In this document: positions 17,452 through 27,485 of the stretch, piece after piece | Numbering within the stretch: position 1 is the stretch's first letter | How the letters are laid out: every line of letters starts with the position of its first letter | Position numbers and translations under genes: made by a program | Notes under the pieces: model-generated | The model's input: only the letters and a program-made list of their open reading frames with translations | What the model was told of the DNA's origin: nothing | The model's database searches: none | DNA from: a virus | Lineage: Duplodnaviria > Heunggongvirae > Uroviricota > Caudoviricetes | IMG/VR virus record: IMGVR_UViG_3300024507_000282 | Location: 1-40,860 of that record | Length of the DNA: 40,860 bases | Direction: 5' to 3' (one strand)

Positions 17452-18430
17452 CGAACCTATTTGCGAACGTGCTAAGTTAGATACTGGTACGCATTGCAAT
17501 TATCGTTGCGAGTTCTGTTATTACAAAACACAGTTAAATGAAGTAACTGAGTTTGAAGTCATACGACAACGTATTGACTATCTCGTTGCCTGTGGCATTA
17601 AAGAAGTTGACTTGAGTGGCGGTGAGTCTAGCATACACAAACAATGGTTTGACATTCTTGACTATTGTAAAAGCAAAGGCTTAAAGATTAGTTGTCTAAG
17701 TAATGGCTACAAGTTTGCTGACAAGGAGTTCTTGCGTAAGAGTAAAGAACACGGCTTAGATGAAATACTGTTCAGTGTACACGGTTACGATAAAGAAAGC
17801 CACAACATACTAGTTGGGCATCGCAAGGGCTTTGAAAACATTATCCAAGCAATACACAATGCACATGAGCAAGGTGTTCTTGTGCGTGTTAATTGTACAG
17901 TAACACATAAGAACTATAAGAACTTGCCAACTAAGTTTGTTCAATTAGTTAACGAACTAAAGCCGTTTGAAGTTAACTTCTTAACTCTTAACTACTGGGA
18001 CGATGCAGGCATACAGGAAACTATCGACTACGGAGAAGTAACTCCTTACGTACATCAAGCAATAGATTTACTAAAGGATAGTGTTCCTAAACTTAACGTT
18101 CGTTACACGCCGTATTGCTTTATGAAAGGATACGAGCAGTACGTATGCAACTACTACCAACACATATATGACATTTATGATTGGAACATTGCTGTGTACA
18201 ATGGTGACATAGACCCAGACGTGTACCGAGCAGACCCACACAAGGCAATGTATGATGCGGCCGCATTTAAACGTAACCGTACCTATTACAAAACAAAGGA
18301 CTGCTTAAACTGCAAGCACTACTATATCTGCGATGGTGTAGAGAAACAAATCAAAGACATTAAACTACGACCCGAAGAAGGTCCTAAGATTGATCAAGTA
18401 AATTTTTACCGCAAAGGATACTACAAATGA
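17405..18430 (+). CDS. Radical SAM enzyme (#4)
   Basis: CNYRCEFC, LSGGE, LSNG, SVHG; PYC and C-terminal CLNC.....CDG (layout recalls HxsC-type maturases); GTG start. Confidence 0.88.
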   Translation: MRLYNELSNKLQIDRDEPICERAKLDTGTHCNYRCEFCYYKTQLNEVTEFEVIRQRIDYLVACGIKEVDLSGGESSIHKQWFDILDYCKSKGLKISCLSNGYKFADKEFLRKSKEHGLDEILFSVHGYDKESHNILVGHRKGFENIIQAIHNAHEQGVLVRVNCTVTHKNYKNLPTKFVQLVNELKPFEVNFLTLNYWDDAGIQETIDYGEVTPYVHQAIDLLKDSVPKLNVRYTPYCFMKGYEQYVCNYYQHIYDIYDWNIAVYNGDIDPDVYRADPHKAMYDAAAFKRNRTYYKTKDCLNCKHYYICDGVEKQIKDIKLRPEEGPKIDQVNFYRKGYYK

Positions 18431-19059
18431 ATATTATAGTCGTAGGCGGTGGAACCTTTGGTCGATTTGGTAATGACTTTGTAAGACAAGCAAAGGCAGA
18501 TGGACATGTTGTCCGTGTGCTTTCTCACAGAACTAACGATGACACAGATGCTACGCTAACTTTCTTAACAGCAGAAGATGCAGTAACTAAGTTCAATAGC
18601 ATTACACAAGACTTAGATACAATTGATATCTTGTTGTACAACTCAACATATAAAGGCTATCCAGACGATCCTAGTACATTTACTAGCAAAGGTGTAATAA
18701 AAGAAAAGTTATATGTACATGGATTTTATGTACAGGCAATCATACCACACGCACTATCTATCGAAGCATTAAAGAAAATGACAACACAGTCTAAAATTGT
18801 GTTTATGACCACAGATGTAATCTACGATAGAGAACGCACACTTGGACTACACAAGTTGGGCTACTACGGTGGCAAGGCATATCAACATCAATTGATGTTA
18901 GCACTAGCAGAACACAACGACAAAGATGTAACTGTGAGTTCAGTAAGTCCCGTGTTTGACTATGAGGATAGAAAAAACTATCAAAGGCAGTTTAATACAG
19001 TCTATGAACATATCTTTGGCACTACACAGAATGGAAAAATATATGACTGCTGGGAATAA
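18427..19059 (+). CDS. Short-chain dehydrogenase/reductase-like Rossmann protein
   Basis: IIVVGGG...FG, DILLYNS, YYGGK (YxxxK). Confidence 0.7.
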   Translation: MNIIVVGGGTFGRFGNDFVRQAKADGHVVRVLSHRTNDDTDATLTFLTAEDAVTKFNSITQDLDTIDILLYNSTYKGYPDDPSTFTSKGVIKEKLYVHGFYVQAIIPHALSIEALKKMTTQSKIVFMTTDVIYDRERTLGLHKLGYYGGKAYQHQLMLALAEHNDKDVTVSSVSPVFDYEDRKNYQRQFNTVYEHIFGTTQNGKIYDCWE

Positions 19060-19711
19060 CTTACACGACAACTATGAGTTCTTCCAAGGCGGCTTGGATG
19101 GCGCAAACTCCTATACTCTTTATGTTACATATAAATGTAATTGGTTCTGTAACTACTGCTCAGAAGATACACACAATCGTCCAGATGTAACCATAGAAGA
19201 CTTACAGCGTAAGGTACAGGCCATTCCTCCTAACAGCGATGTAGCCATTACAGGAGGAGAACCGGGTACACTTAATAAAGAAGTAATGCTATGGTTGCTA
19301 ACAGAATTAAAAAGCAAAGGTTGTTTCATTAATGTAAACACTAACGGAACATTCTTTAAGAAACATAAAAACGTTTGCCATATCCCAGATAGTTTTCTAT
19401 ATCACTGTAGCGAACACTTAGATGATGAAGAGATATGGATTCCAGAACATGTTGATCGTTCTAAGATAGACTTTCAACTTGTGATAACAGATGATACTGC
19501 GGACAGATTAGAATACTATATCAACAAGTATCCAGACATAAAGTTTTTGATATTTGGTGCAGACAATGTAATTGGAAAAGGATTAAGTAGAGCAAATGGA
19601 TTTAAGGTTTATCAAAAGTTTAAAGATAAGATTGATCCAAACAGTTACATACATTTGATTACAACCTGTAGAGAAGTAAATGATATACGGAAACTAAAAG
19701 CATTGAGATGA
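19043..19711 (+). CDS. Minimal radical SAM enzyme (#5; trio A-1)
   Basis: CNWFCNYC.EDTHNRP, TGGEPG, TNG, LYHCSE; ATG 19043 preferred over 18956. Confidence 0.88.
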   Translation: MTAGNNLHDNYEFFQGGLDGANSYTLYVTYKCNWFCNYCSEDTHNRPDVTIEDLQRKVQAIPPNSDVAITGGEPGTLNKEVMLWLLTELKSKGCFINVNTNGTFFKKHKNVCHIPDSFLYHCSEHLDDEEIWIPEHVDRSKIDFQLVITDDTADRLEYYINKYPDIKFLIFGADNVIGKGLSRANGFKVYQKFKDKIDPNSYIHLITTCREVNDIRKLKALR

Positions 19712-20286
19712 AAGAGATAGAACTTCCTTTAACTTATAAGTGTAATTGGCACTGTGACTATTGTGTAGCAGACACACACAATCGTCCAGAGTTACCTTAC
19801 GAGGAAGTTCTGCGTAGAGTAGAGGCTATTGAGCCAGGTACAGAAGTTACCTTTGGTGGAGGTGAGCCAGGACTACTAAAGCGTGATCAACTAGAACATA
19901 TTATTAAAATACTCAAAGACAAAGGTTGTGTGATTGATTTACTAACTAATGGACTGTTCTTTAAACGTCATATGCCTTTGGTACATGAGTTTGGTAAGAT
20001 ACACTATCACTGTGTTGAGTACTTACCAGACGACATAGAGTTTCCAGACTTACAATTAAATCATGTATCCTATGGATTGGTAGTTACAAACACAAACTTC
20101 CTAGACGGAAGCATACATGAAATGATTAGACGTTACCCGCACATTAAGTTTTTATTGTTGCCCGATGTGCGTAGTCAAAAGAAGATTAACTTAAACTTAA
20201 TGATGGACTTCTTTAATGAACACGGCGATAAGGTACATCCAGGATCATTGCAGGAATTCATCACAGTTGTGGCAAGGTGGCACTAA
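19708..20286 (+). CDS. Minimal radical SAM enzyme (#6; trio A-2)
   Basis: CNWHCDYC.ADTHNRP, GGGEPG, TNG, HYHCVE; 192 aa. Confidence 0.88.
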   Translation: MKEIELPLTYKCNWHCDYCVADTHNRPELPYEEVLRRVEAIEPGTEVTFGGGEPGLLKRDQLEHIIKILKDKGCVIDLLTNGLFFKRHMPLVHEFGKIHYHCVEYLPDDIEFPDLQLNHVSYGLVVTNTNFLDGSIHEMIRRYPHIKFLLLPDVRSQKKINLNLMMDFFNEHGDKVHPGSLQEFITVVARWH

Positions 20287-20900
20287 TGGCAATTCACGCA
20301 CAAGAACGAGAAATTGAATTAGTCGTTACATGGGTATGTAACTGGCACTGCGACTATTGCTGTGTTGATACACACAATCGTCCTAAACTTACTATGGATG
20401 AAGTAAAGGCCAAGTTAGACAAAGTTATTCCAGGATACAACGTAACACTCAGTGGCGGCGAAGTTGGCAGTATGAAACGTGCAGACATTGAATATATCCT
20501 AGACGAACTAGAAAAGAAAGGTTGCCGCCCTAGCATTAATACTAATGGATTGTTTATCAAACGCTATCGTGATCTATTGCCTCGCTTTGATACTATCCTG
20601 TATCACTGTAGCGAAAACTTAGACTTAGACGAAGAGATCATTATAGATCCAGAATTAAATTTACAGTATCTATTAATAGTTACTGACACTAACTTTGACA
20701 AGTTAGAAGCATTTATTAACAAGTATTCAGACATAGAGTTTCATTTAGTTGCGGCTACTATGCCCGAAGGTATCAATGGTGTAACATTATCAAACAAACT
20801 CAAACACGCTATGCTGACTAGATTCCACAAGCGTATGACAGCAGAATCTAAAGTGCGAGTATTTAAGGAGAAGGACTTTGACTCAATCATCTATCTATAA
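20286..20900 (+). CDS. Minimal radical SAM enzyme (#7; trio A-3)
   Basis: CNWHCDYC.VDTHNRP, SGGEVG, TNG, LYHCSE; TAATG overlap at 20286. Confidence 0.88.
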   Translation: MAIHAQEREIELVVTWVCNWHCDYCCVDTHNRPKLTMDEVKAKLDKVIPGYNVTLSGGEVGSMKRADIEYILDELEKKGCRPSINTNGLFIKRYRDLLPRFDTILYHCSENLDLDEEIIIDPELNLQYLLIVTDTNFDKLEAFINKYSDIEFHLVAATMPEGINGVTLSNKLKHAMLTRFHKRMTAESKVRVFKEKDFDSIIYL

Positions 20901-21786
20901 AGTCCAACCTAACGCAGACATTGAACGTATTGAGTTAGAGTTAACTTCTGCTTGTAATCTCAAATGTCCGTTGTGTGTTCGAGCAATAACCAACGTGCCT
21001 GATGAAAACAATTATAGAAGTCTAGAAGAAATAATTGCACAGTTAGACAGTTATCCAAACTTAAAGTTTATTACTATTGCTGGCCCAATCTCAGAGCCAA
21101 CAACTTATCCTAAACTATTGGAGTTGATTGCTTATATTAACAAACGTGATATTGAGATATCTCTGTACATCAACGGAGATACTAGAAATGATCTGTATTA
21201 TAAAAAACTAGGCACATTGTTTAGAAACAAGACAGGACATGTATACTTTACCATCTGCGGTAGCACACAAGAGTTACACGGAACATACAGAGTTAATTCA
21301 AAGTTAGATAGAGTGTTATCTAGATTAGAAATAGTAGATAAGTTCAGCGGTGGGAAGGGTGTATTAACTTGGATTGTGTTTAACTATAACGAGCAGGACT
21401 TTATAGAAAACTATCCAAAGTTCAGTGAACGATACAATACAGAATATTTCCATACTTTGCCAATTACAGAGCATCACCAGTTAAAGAGTAAAATACACTT
21501 ACCAGATCGTTTAAAGGCATTGTACGAACGAGAAATAGATAGAAAGGATTTTAACAATATAGTATGCCCAGCCAACGCTAGTAACTATATACAAATAAGA
21601 CATGACGGCAAGATAGATCCTTGTTCGTTATATAGGCAGTTTGGGGAAGAACATTGTTGGGAATGTAGTAAGAAGAATCTTACAACACTAAGAACAAATA
21701 AGATATTCCAATGTGCAGAACCAGAAACAGAAACATCATCAAGGAGTGTGTTGTTATATTATGAACGTCACTATGAAAAAGAGTGA
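20878..21786 (+). CDS. Radical SAM/twitch enzyme (#8; trio B-1)
   Basis: CNLKCPLC, ISEPT, TICGSTQELH..YR; C...I..DG.I.PC...CWEC; TAAGGAG SD before TTG. Confidence 0.88.
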   Translation: MTQSSIYKVQPNADIERIELELTSACNLKCPLCVRAITNVPDENNYRSLEEIIAQLDSYPNLKFITIAGPISEPTTYPKLLELIAYINKRDIEISLYINGDTRNDLYYKKLGTLFRNKTGHVYFTICGSTQELHGTYRVNSKLDRVLSRLEIVDKFSGGKGVLTWIVFNYNEQDFIENYPKFSERYNTEYFHTLPITEHHQLKSKIHLPDRLKALYEREIDRKDFNNIVCPANASNYIQIRHDGKIDPCSLYRQFGEEHCWECSKKNLTTLRTNKIFQCAEPETETSSRSVLLYYERHYEKE

Positions 21787-22687
21787 AGTAGAAGAGATGG
21801 AGATGGACTTGACAGGAGTCTGTAATCTCTCATGCCCACTGTGTACTCGTAACTATCAACATGCGAATCACTTGGTTGAAAAGAATGTACGAGACATAGA
21901 CACTATTATTAAACAGTTAGATCAGTACACAGGACTTAAACGTTTCTTTGTTGCAGGTGTAGTCAGTGAGCCGACTATGTACAAAGACTTCATTAAGTTT
22001 ATTGAATACCTAAACAGTCGTGATATCTATTACGAAATCTTTACCAACGGCAATACTAGAGATACAGCATGGTGGGAACAGTTGGGTAGCATTGTACCTG
22101 AGAAATGTATGTGTGCATTTACTGTCTGCGGAAGCACACAGGAAATACATGCCAAGTATCGTGTGGGCAGTGACCTACAACAGATCCTAGACAATGCCGC
22201 GGCGTTCCGTAAGAACAGACGTAAGAATGATTGGATACAACATATCCGTTTTGAGTACAATGCAGAGGATAGAGAAAGCCCAGAGATGAAAGCAATCTTT
22301 GATCAATTCAGTAATGTAATGAAAGTTGAAACAGAAGGTGTGCGTAGAGTAAACGTCTACAACAAAGAAGTAGAACTAGGCATTCGTCCTGTTAAGACCC
22401 GGGAGCAAACTATTAAGTTGTTGTTTAAGAATCGTCCTGAGCCCAACGACGGTAAACAATACAACATACAATGCCGTAGTCTACAACAAAAGAAAATATA
22501 CATTAACCAATGGGGACAGGTCAGTGCCTGTTATACTCATGCTGAGAATGAGCAAGACTACTTTCCAGCAGACAAAGAAGACATGGACTACAGTGATATC
22601 CTATCCTTTAAGTTTCCAGATTGTTTCCTATGTGAGAAGCGTACACGTACCTTTATTGATAAAATGGGATTGGACTTTGTATGTTAA
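21761..22687 (+). CDS. Radical SAM/twitch enzyme (#9; trio B-2)
   Basis: CNLSCPLC, VSEPT, TVCGSTQEIH..YR; C...I...G.V.AC...CFLC; start 21761 or 21773. Confidence 0.88.
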   Translation: MNVTMKKSEVEEMEMDLTGVCNLSCPLCTRNYQHANHLVEKNVRDIDTIIKQLDQYTGLKRFFVAGVVSEPTMYKDFIKFIEYLNSRDIYYEIFTNGNTRDTAWWEQLGSIVPEKCMCAFTVCGSTQEIHAKYRVGSDLQQILDNAAAFRKNRRKNDWIQHIRFEYNAEDRESPEMKAIFDQFSNVMKVETEGVRRVNVYNKEVELGIRPVKTREQTIKLLFKNRPEPNDGKQYNIQCRSLQQKKIYINQWGQVSACYTHAENEQDYFPADKEDMDYSDILSFKFPDCFLCEKRTRTFIDKMGLDFVC

Positions 22688-23592
22688 AGATGCCTAAGGT
22701 TATTGACCTAGAGTTAGAACTTACAACATACTGTAATGCTCAGTGTGGACTATGCTATAGAAACTATACAGCATTCAAAGAACACTACCCAGAGAATAAA
22801 GTTCGTCCACTACAGGAAGTCATAGATCAATTAGAAACGTTTCCAGACTTAGAATGGATACGTCTTGTTGGTACTATATCGGAACCAACTATCTACAAAG
22901 ACTTCTTTCCTTTAGTCAAATACATGAAGGCCCGTGGACTAAAGATTGAAATCTGTACTAACGGAGCAACACACAAGCCCGACTGGTGGAAAGAGTTATC
23001 TACTCTAATGAACGCAGATGACAAAGTTTATTTCAGCATCTGTGGTAGCACACAAGAACTACACGAAATATATCGTACAGGAACTAGTCTAGCAAAAATA
23101 CTAGAGAATGCTCGTGCGTTCCGTAGTGATAATAAGAATGACTATGCTCAGTGTATTCGTTTTTATTATAACAGCGATGACTTTGATGGGCTAGAGTTCA
23201 AACAAATGGTCAGCGAGTTTAGTCATGTCTATTGGACAGAAACATTCCTGCAGAAAGAAGAATCCAATTACGTAGACAAAACGAACCTACTTAAATTAAG
23301 ACCCAATCCTAAAAAAATAGATGACTATCAGCAGATGGATAAGTTTGCCCGTGCCAAATATGCTAGTCCAGTTAAAGGCAAAGCCTACTGCATGAGTTGG
23401 GAAAACAAAAGCCAGCAAGTGGACATTGACGGCAAAGTATATCCCTGCTATTTGTTTTTGGAAGCCAGCAAAGGCAAAGAATGGGACGGCGACTACGAGA
23501 AAATTTTGAACATGCAGTACGAAGTCTGTAAATACTGCGACCGTGCAGTTATAGAACTCTGCGATAAAAAAGACTTACGTTACATTATATGA
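22681..23592 (+). CDS. Radical SAM/twitch enzyme (#10; trio B-3)
   Basis: CNAQCGLC, ISEPT, SICGSTQELH..YR; C...V..DG.V.PC...CKYC. Confidence 0.88.
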   Translation: MLKMPKVIDLELELTTYCNAQCGLCYRNYTAFKEHYPENKVRPLQEVIDQLETFPDLEWIRLVGTISEPTIYKDFFPLVKYMKARGLKIEICTNGATHKPDWWKELSTLMNADDKVYFSICGSTQELHEIYRTGTSLAKILENARAFRSDNKNDYAQCIRFYYNSDDFDGLEFKQMVSEFSHVYWTETFLQKEESNYVDKTNLLKLRPNPKKIDDYQQMDKFARAKYASPVKGKAYCMSWENKSQQVDIDGKVYPCYLFLEASKGKEWDGDYEKILNMQYEVCKYCDRAVIELCDKKDLRYII

Positions 23593-25115
23593 ATCATTGT
23601 TTACTTTTGGCTGTGAATGTTGTGCTAATTGATAGAGTTGGCGGCATACACAGAATGGCTAATCACCTTCGTTCCTTGAATTGGGACTGCGAAGTTGTGG
23701 ACTTTATAATGTATTGGACTCCGGAAGAACTGTTAGAACTTGTAAAATCTAGAGTTACATCAAATACAAAGTTTATAGGATTTTCTTATCTTTGGAACAG
23801 AGCGCAGTCTATACATAAATTTCGTCTAGCCTTTGAATGGATAAAAAAGAATTATCCAGACATAGTTTTTATATCAGGCGGGCAATCGCAACTTATTGAT
23901 TATTCATATTCGGACTATCACATTTATGGCTATGGCGAGTATGCTATAGAAGAGTTACTTAACTATAAATTTTCAAATGGCCAAAGTCCAAAGTTTGAAA
24001 ATATTTCTAGCAGAACTAAGATTATAAATGCCAATAGAGACTATCCTGCATATCCTATGAAACATGCTATGATCAAATATGAGGATAGAGACTTTTTAAT
24101 GCCTAACGAATGGGGCAGAATAGAATTCAGTCGAGGTTGTAAGTTTGCCTGTAAGTTCTGTAATTTTCCTGTGATCGGTGCCAAAGAAGATTATACTAGA
24201 GATATTAAAAACGTAAGAGAACAATTCATGGATGCCTATGATCGTTTTGGTATAGAGAACTATCATATTAGCGACGAAACATTCAATGACAGGCCCTATA
24301 AGATTTCTAGAATAGCAGACTTAGTTGAAACGTTACCGTGGAAGCCATACTTTGCTGGATTCATCCGTGCTGATTTATTAATAAATCGTAAGCACGATAG
24401 AGAAGATTTATTAAGAATGGGGTTCCTTGGACATTTCTATGGCATAGAAACATTTAACCCTAAATCAGCAAGTTACATAGGAAAAAATGGTAACACTACA
24501 CGAATGAAAGAAGGACTAGTAGAAGTTAAAGAATACTTTCAAAAGCACGTAGGTAACAAGTACAGGGCAACTATCAGTTTGATAGCAGGCCTGCCACACG
24601 AAACATTAGACAGTTTAGAAACTACTTACCAATGGGTTAAGAATCATTGGAGAGATCAGTTAGCAGTGGCTTGTCCTTTAGAAATAATGGACTGGGGAGA
24701 CTCTAGAGAAAATAGAATTTCCGATGATTTTCAAAAATACGGATATGAACAGATTGAAATAGATCTTAATCCTAATCCTAATTTTATATTTGAAAAAGAT
24801 AAAACAGTAGACAGAACAAAAGTAATGTTACCTGGAACAGGTAAAAATCCTCCCATAGCCTGGAAGAATCCTAACATGGATATTATGCAAGCATGGGATT
24901 GGTGTAACAAATTAGATAAAATTTGGTTAGTGGGAGAAAAGAATCTTGCTAGGACTGAAGGATACTTATTGTCAAGAATATTGTGTCACGAAAACGGCGA
25001 TGTGCTTACTCTTGAAGAAAAATTAAAATTAGTCGAAGAGACTGCTATTAAACACACAGAAAATTTTAAAGTGTTTGTCAACAACTATAAAACGAAGAAA
25101 CTAAATTGGAAATAA
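23589..25115 (+). CDS. B12-binding-domain radical SAM enzyme (#11; class B-like)
   Basis: N-terminal Rossmann-like domain (LRS..W...VVD, FIGFS, GG, GYGE), then EFSRGCKFACKFC, SDETFN, GIETF, LIAGLPHET. Confidence 0.85.
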   Translation: MNHCLLLAVNVVLIDRVGGIHRMANHLRSLNWDCEVVDFIMYWTPEELLELVKSRVTSNTKFIGFSYLWNRAQSIHKFRLAFEWIKKNYPDIVFISGGQSQLIDYSYSDYHIYGYGEYAIEELLNYKFSNGQSPKFENISSRTKIINANRDYPAYPMKHAMIKYEDRDFLMPNEWGRIEFSRGCKFACKFCNFPVIGAKEDYTRDIKNVREQFMDAYDRFGIENYHISDETFNDRPYKISRIADLVETLPWKPYFAGFIRADLLINRKHDREDLLRMGFLGHFYGIETFNPKSASYIGKNGNTTRMKEGLVEVKEYFQKHVGNKYRATISLIAGLPHETLDSLETTYQWVKNHWRDQLAVACPLEIMDWGDSRENRISDDFQKYGYEQIEIDLNPNPNFIFEKDKTVDRTKVMLPGTGKNPPIAWKNPNMDIMQAWDWCNKLDKIWLVGEKNLARTEGYLLSRILCHENGDVLTLEEKLKLVEETAIKHTENFKVFVNNYKTKKLNWK

Positions 25116-26074
25116 AAAACAAACTAAACATAGACGATTTGCAAAATTTTTTAGACAGCACAGTTTTAATAACTGGCGCTGGCGGAACTATTGGCAGTGA
25201 ATTGGTAAATCAGATACAGGCAAAAACTATTATAGCAGTTGATATCAGCGAATACGCTATCTATAAACTACAGCGCGGCATTGGTGCTAAGAACGTGCAT
25301 TGTATAGTCGGAGATGTCAGCGACAAGAAGTTAGTCGACATGATCTTTGACAAATATCAAATAGATTATATTTTTAATGCCGCTGCCTATAAACATGTAG
25401 ATACACTAGAAGATGAAAATAACTTTTATTCTGTAGTTAAGAACAATATTCTATCTGTTATTAATTTATGTAATCATTCGGACGAAGTGAAATGTATGAT
25501 ACACATATCCAGCGACAAGGCAGTAAACCCTACTAACAATATGGGCTACACTAAACTTTGGTGCGAACGTATTGTACAGCAATATGCTAGAACATCTGAC
25601 ACAGAAATGAAAATTGTTAGATTTGGAAATGTTTTTAGATCATCGGGATCCTTTGTAGAAACATTAGAGTGGCAGATAGCAAACAATTTGCCAATAACTA
25701 TTACAGATCCTGAAATGAAGCGTTACTTTATTTCAGTACAGGATGCAGTATCGTTAATCATTAATATTGTTCATTTAGAATTTGCCAAAGCAACATACAT
25801 CTTAGATATGGGCGACGAGCAGTCTATAATGGACCTAGTACCTAAAGATTACCCGCAGGTCATAATTGGATGTAGACCTGGAGAGAAACTACGAGAAGAA
25901 TTATTCTACGACTACGAACAACTGCAAGATACTAGCAACACTTTGATTAAGAAAATTGAATGGAAACCAGTGCCTATGATAACTAACATAGTCACTTTGC
26001 TAGACGAGTTAAAAAAGGATACAGTATGTCTAAAGACATTAAACGAGATTATCACAACAACAACGATTTTGTAG
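25106..26074 (+). CDS. NDP-sugar 4,6-dehydratase, PglF/CapD (Polysacc_synt_2) catalytic domain
   Basis: TGAGGTIGSEL, FNAAAYKHV, ISSDKAVNPTN.MG.TK, VRFGNV..S.GS, RPGEKL.EEL; no membrane domain. Confidence 0.9.
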   Translation: MEIKNKLNIDDLQNFLDSTVLITGAGGTIGSELVNQIQAKTIIAVDISEYAIYKLQRGIGAKNVHCIVGDVSDKKLVDMIFDKYQIDYIFNAAAYKHVDTLEDENNFYSVVKNNILSVINLCNHSDEVKCMIHISSDKAVNPTNNMGYTKLWCERIVQQYARTSDTEMKIVRFGNVFRSSGSFVETLEWQIANNLPITITDPEMKRYFISVQDAVSLIINIVHLEFAKATYILDMGDEQSIMDLVPKDYPQVIIGCRPGEKLREELFYDYEQLQDTSNTLIKKIEWKPVPMITNIVTLLDELKKDTVCLKTLNEIITTTTIL

Positions 26075-26661
26075 AACTGTTTGAGCAACGCCTATGTGAA
26101 TACACAGGTGCTCCTTATGCTGTGGCAGTAGATCGTTGCACCAATGCTATACTGTTAGCAATGGAATACTATGGTAAGAAGAAACAGAAAGTCAGTATAC
26201 CAACACAGACATACCTAAGTGTTCCAATGACACTGATCAACTACGGATACAATGTATGGTTAGAGTTCGATGATTGGATGGGCAACTATCGTATTGGACA
26301 CACTAATGTCTATGACTATGCTGTAGGTTTTGAAAAGAATATGTATGTGCCTGGGCAAGTCCAGTGTGTTAGTTTTCAACAGAAGAAGCGTCTAGCAATA
26401 GGTAAGGGCGGAGCAATTCTATTAGACAACAAAGAGATGTATGAGAAACTAAAACGTATGCGCCACGACGGTAGAGACAGTGCTATTCCTACAGCACAGG
26501 ACACAGGTATCATTATGGGTTATCATATGTACATGAGCCCAGACGAAGCCGCACGTGGTGTATTGTTGCTTAATCAACTCAGCGAACACTACACTAATGG
26601 CTCACACAAAGACTATCCAGACATTTCAAAGTTTGCGTGTTTAAAGGACTATGCAGTATGA
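26026..26661 (+). CDS. DegT/DnrJ/EryC1/StrS sugar aminotransferase (short form)
   Basis: FE...EYTGA.YAVAV..CT.A..LA, SFQQKK...IGKGG.I, G..M.M....AA.G; 211 aa. Confidence 0.85.
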   Translation: MSKDIKRDYHNNNDFVELFEQRLCEYTGAPYAVAVDRCTNAILLAMEYYGKKKQKVSIPTQTYLSVPMTLINYGYNVWLEFDDWMGNYRIGHTNVYDYAVGFEKNMYVPGQVQCVSFQQKKRLAIGKGGAILLDNKEMYEKLKRMRHDGRDSAIPTAQDTGIIMGYHMYMSPDEAARGVLLLNQLSEHYTNGSHKDYPDISKFACLKDYAV

Positions 26662-27485
26662 AGTATGCCCTAATCACAGCCATCGAAGGAGATGCTAACA
26701 ACCTTAACGAGCAGAAAGGTATTGTTGGTACTAGACGTTTGTTTGAAAGCGAAGCAGTACTGTGCTTTGAGAACTGGCGTAAGAATGGCGGATGGTTAAA
26801 GGACTGTGCTATCTATGCTTTTTGTCCCACACACAACATTGTAACTGACAAAACAAAAGAACGATTTAAAGAATTAAATGTAACTTACATAGAAGAGTAT
26901 CAGCCTATCACAGAAACATTTATCAGTGGTTTCTTAAATGTTCCTTTAGTAGGTATGTTGCTAGAGCAGAGGCTTGCAGAAGATGTACTAATCAAAATAG
27001 ACTTAGACATGAATTTGATTAAGCCCTTACCGGAAGAGTTAGTTAACAGTGAAACATTGATCTGCGGACAGTACGATGACTACTGTACAGCACAACAGCG
27101 TACAGTTAAAGAAGGATGGAGTAATCCATTTGACACAGGCTTTACTATCAGCAGACGTGACAGTGGATTTTATAAATTCTTCTTTGATGTCCTAACTGAC
27201 ACAATGACTAATCATGATCCTGAATGGGAGAAAGTTCGTGCAGTCAGCGGAGACTACTACTTAGAAGAATACGTTATGGACAAGATCTATAACAACAAAC
27301 TGTGGCCAGTACAGCCAATACAAAAGTATCAGATAGGCGAGTGGTATACACCAGTAAAGGAGTTTACAGACGATGAACTTAGAACAGTATACTTCTGGCA
27401 CGAACACCTTATACATGATCCTGTGTATGACAAAGTCAGAGAGAAAGTAGAATATTTTAATAGAATGAGGAAGTTACGTGATTAA
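26658..27485 (+). CDS. GT-A fold glycosyltransferase-like protein (GT8-like)
   Basis: ATGA overlap at 26658; KIDLDM (DxD), PFDTGF, LEE, late His. Confidence 0.6.
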   Translation: MKYALITAIEGDANNLNEQKGIVGTRRLFESEAVLCFENWRKNGGWLKDCAIYAFCPTHNIVTDKTKERFKELNVTYIEEYQPITETFISGFLNVPLVGMLLEQRLAEDVLIKIDLDMNLIKPLPEELVNSETLICGQYDDYCTAQQRTVKEGWSNPFDTGFTISRRDSGFYKFFFDVLTDTMTNHDPEWEKVRAVSGDYYLEEYVMDKIYNNKLWPVQPIQKYQIGEWYTPVKEFTDDELRTVYFWHEHLIHDPVYDKVREKVEYFNRMRKLRD

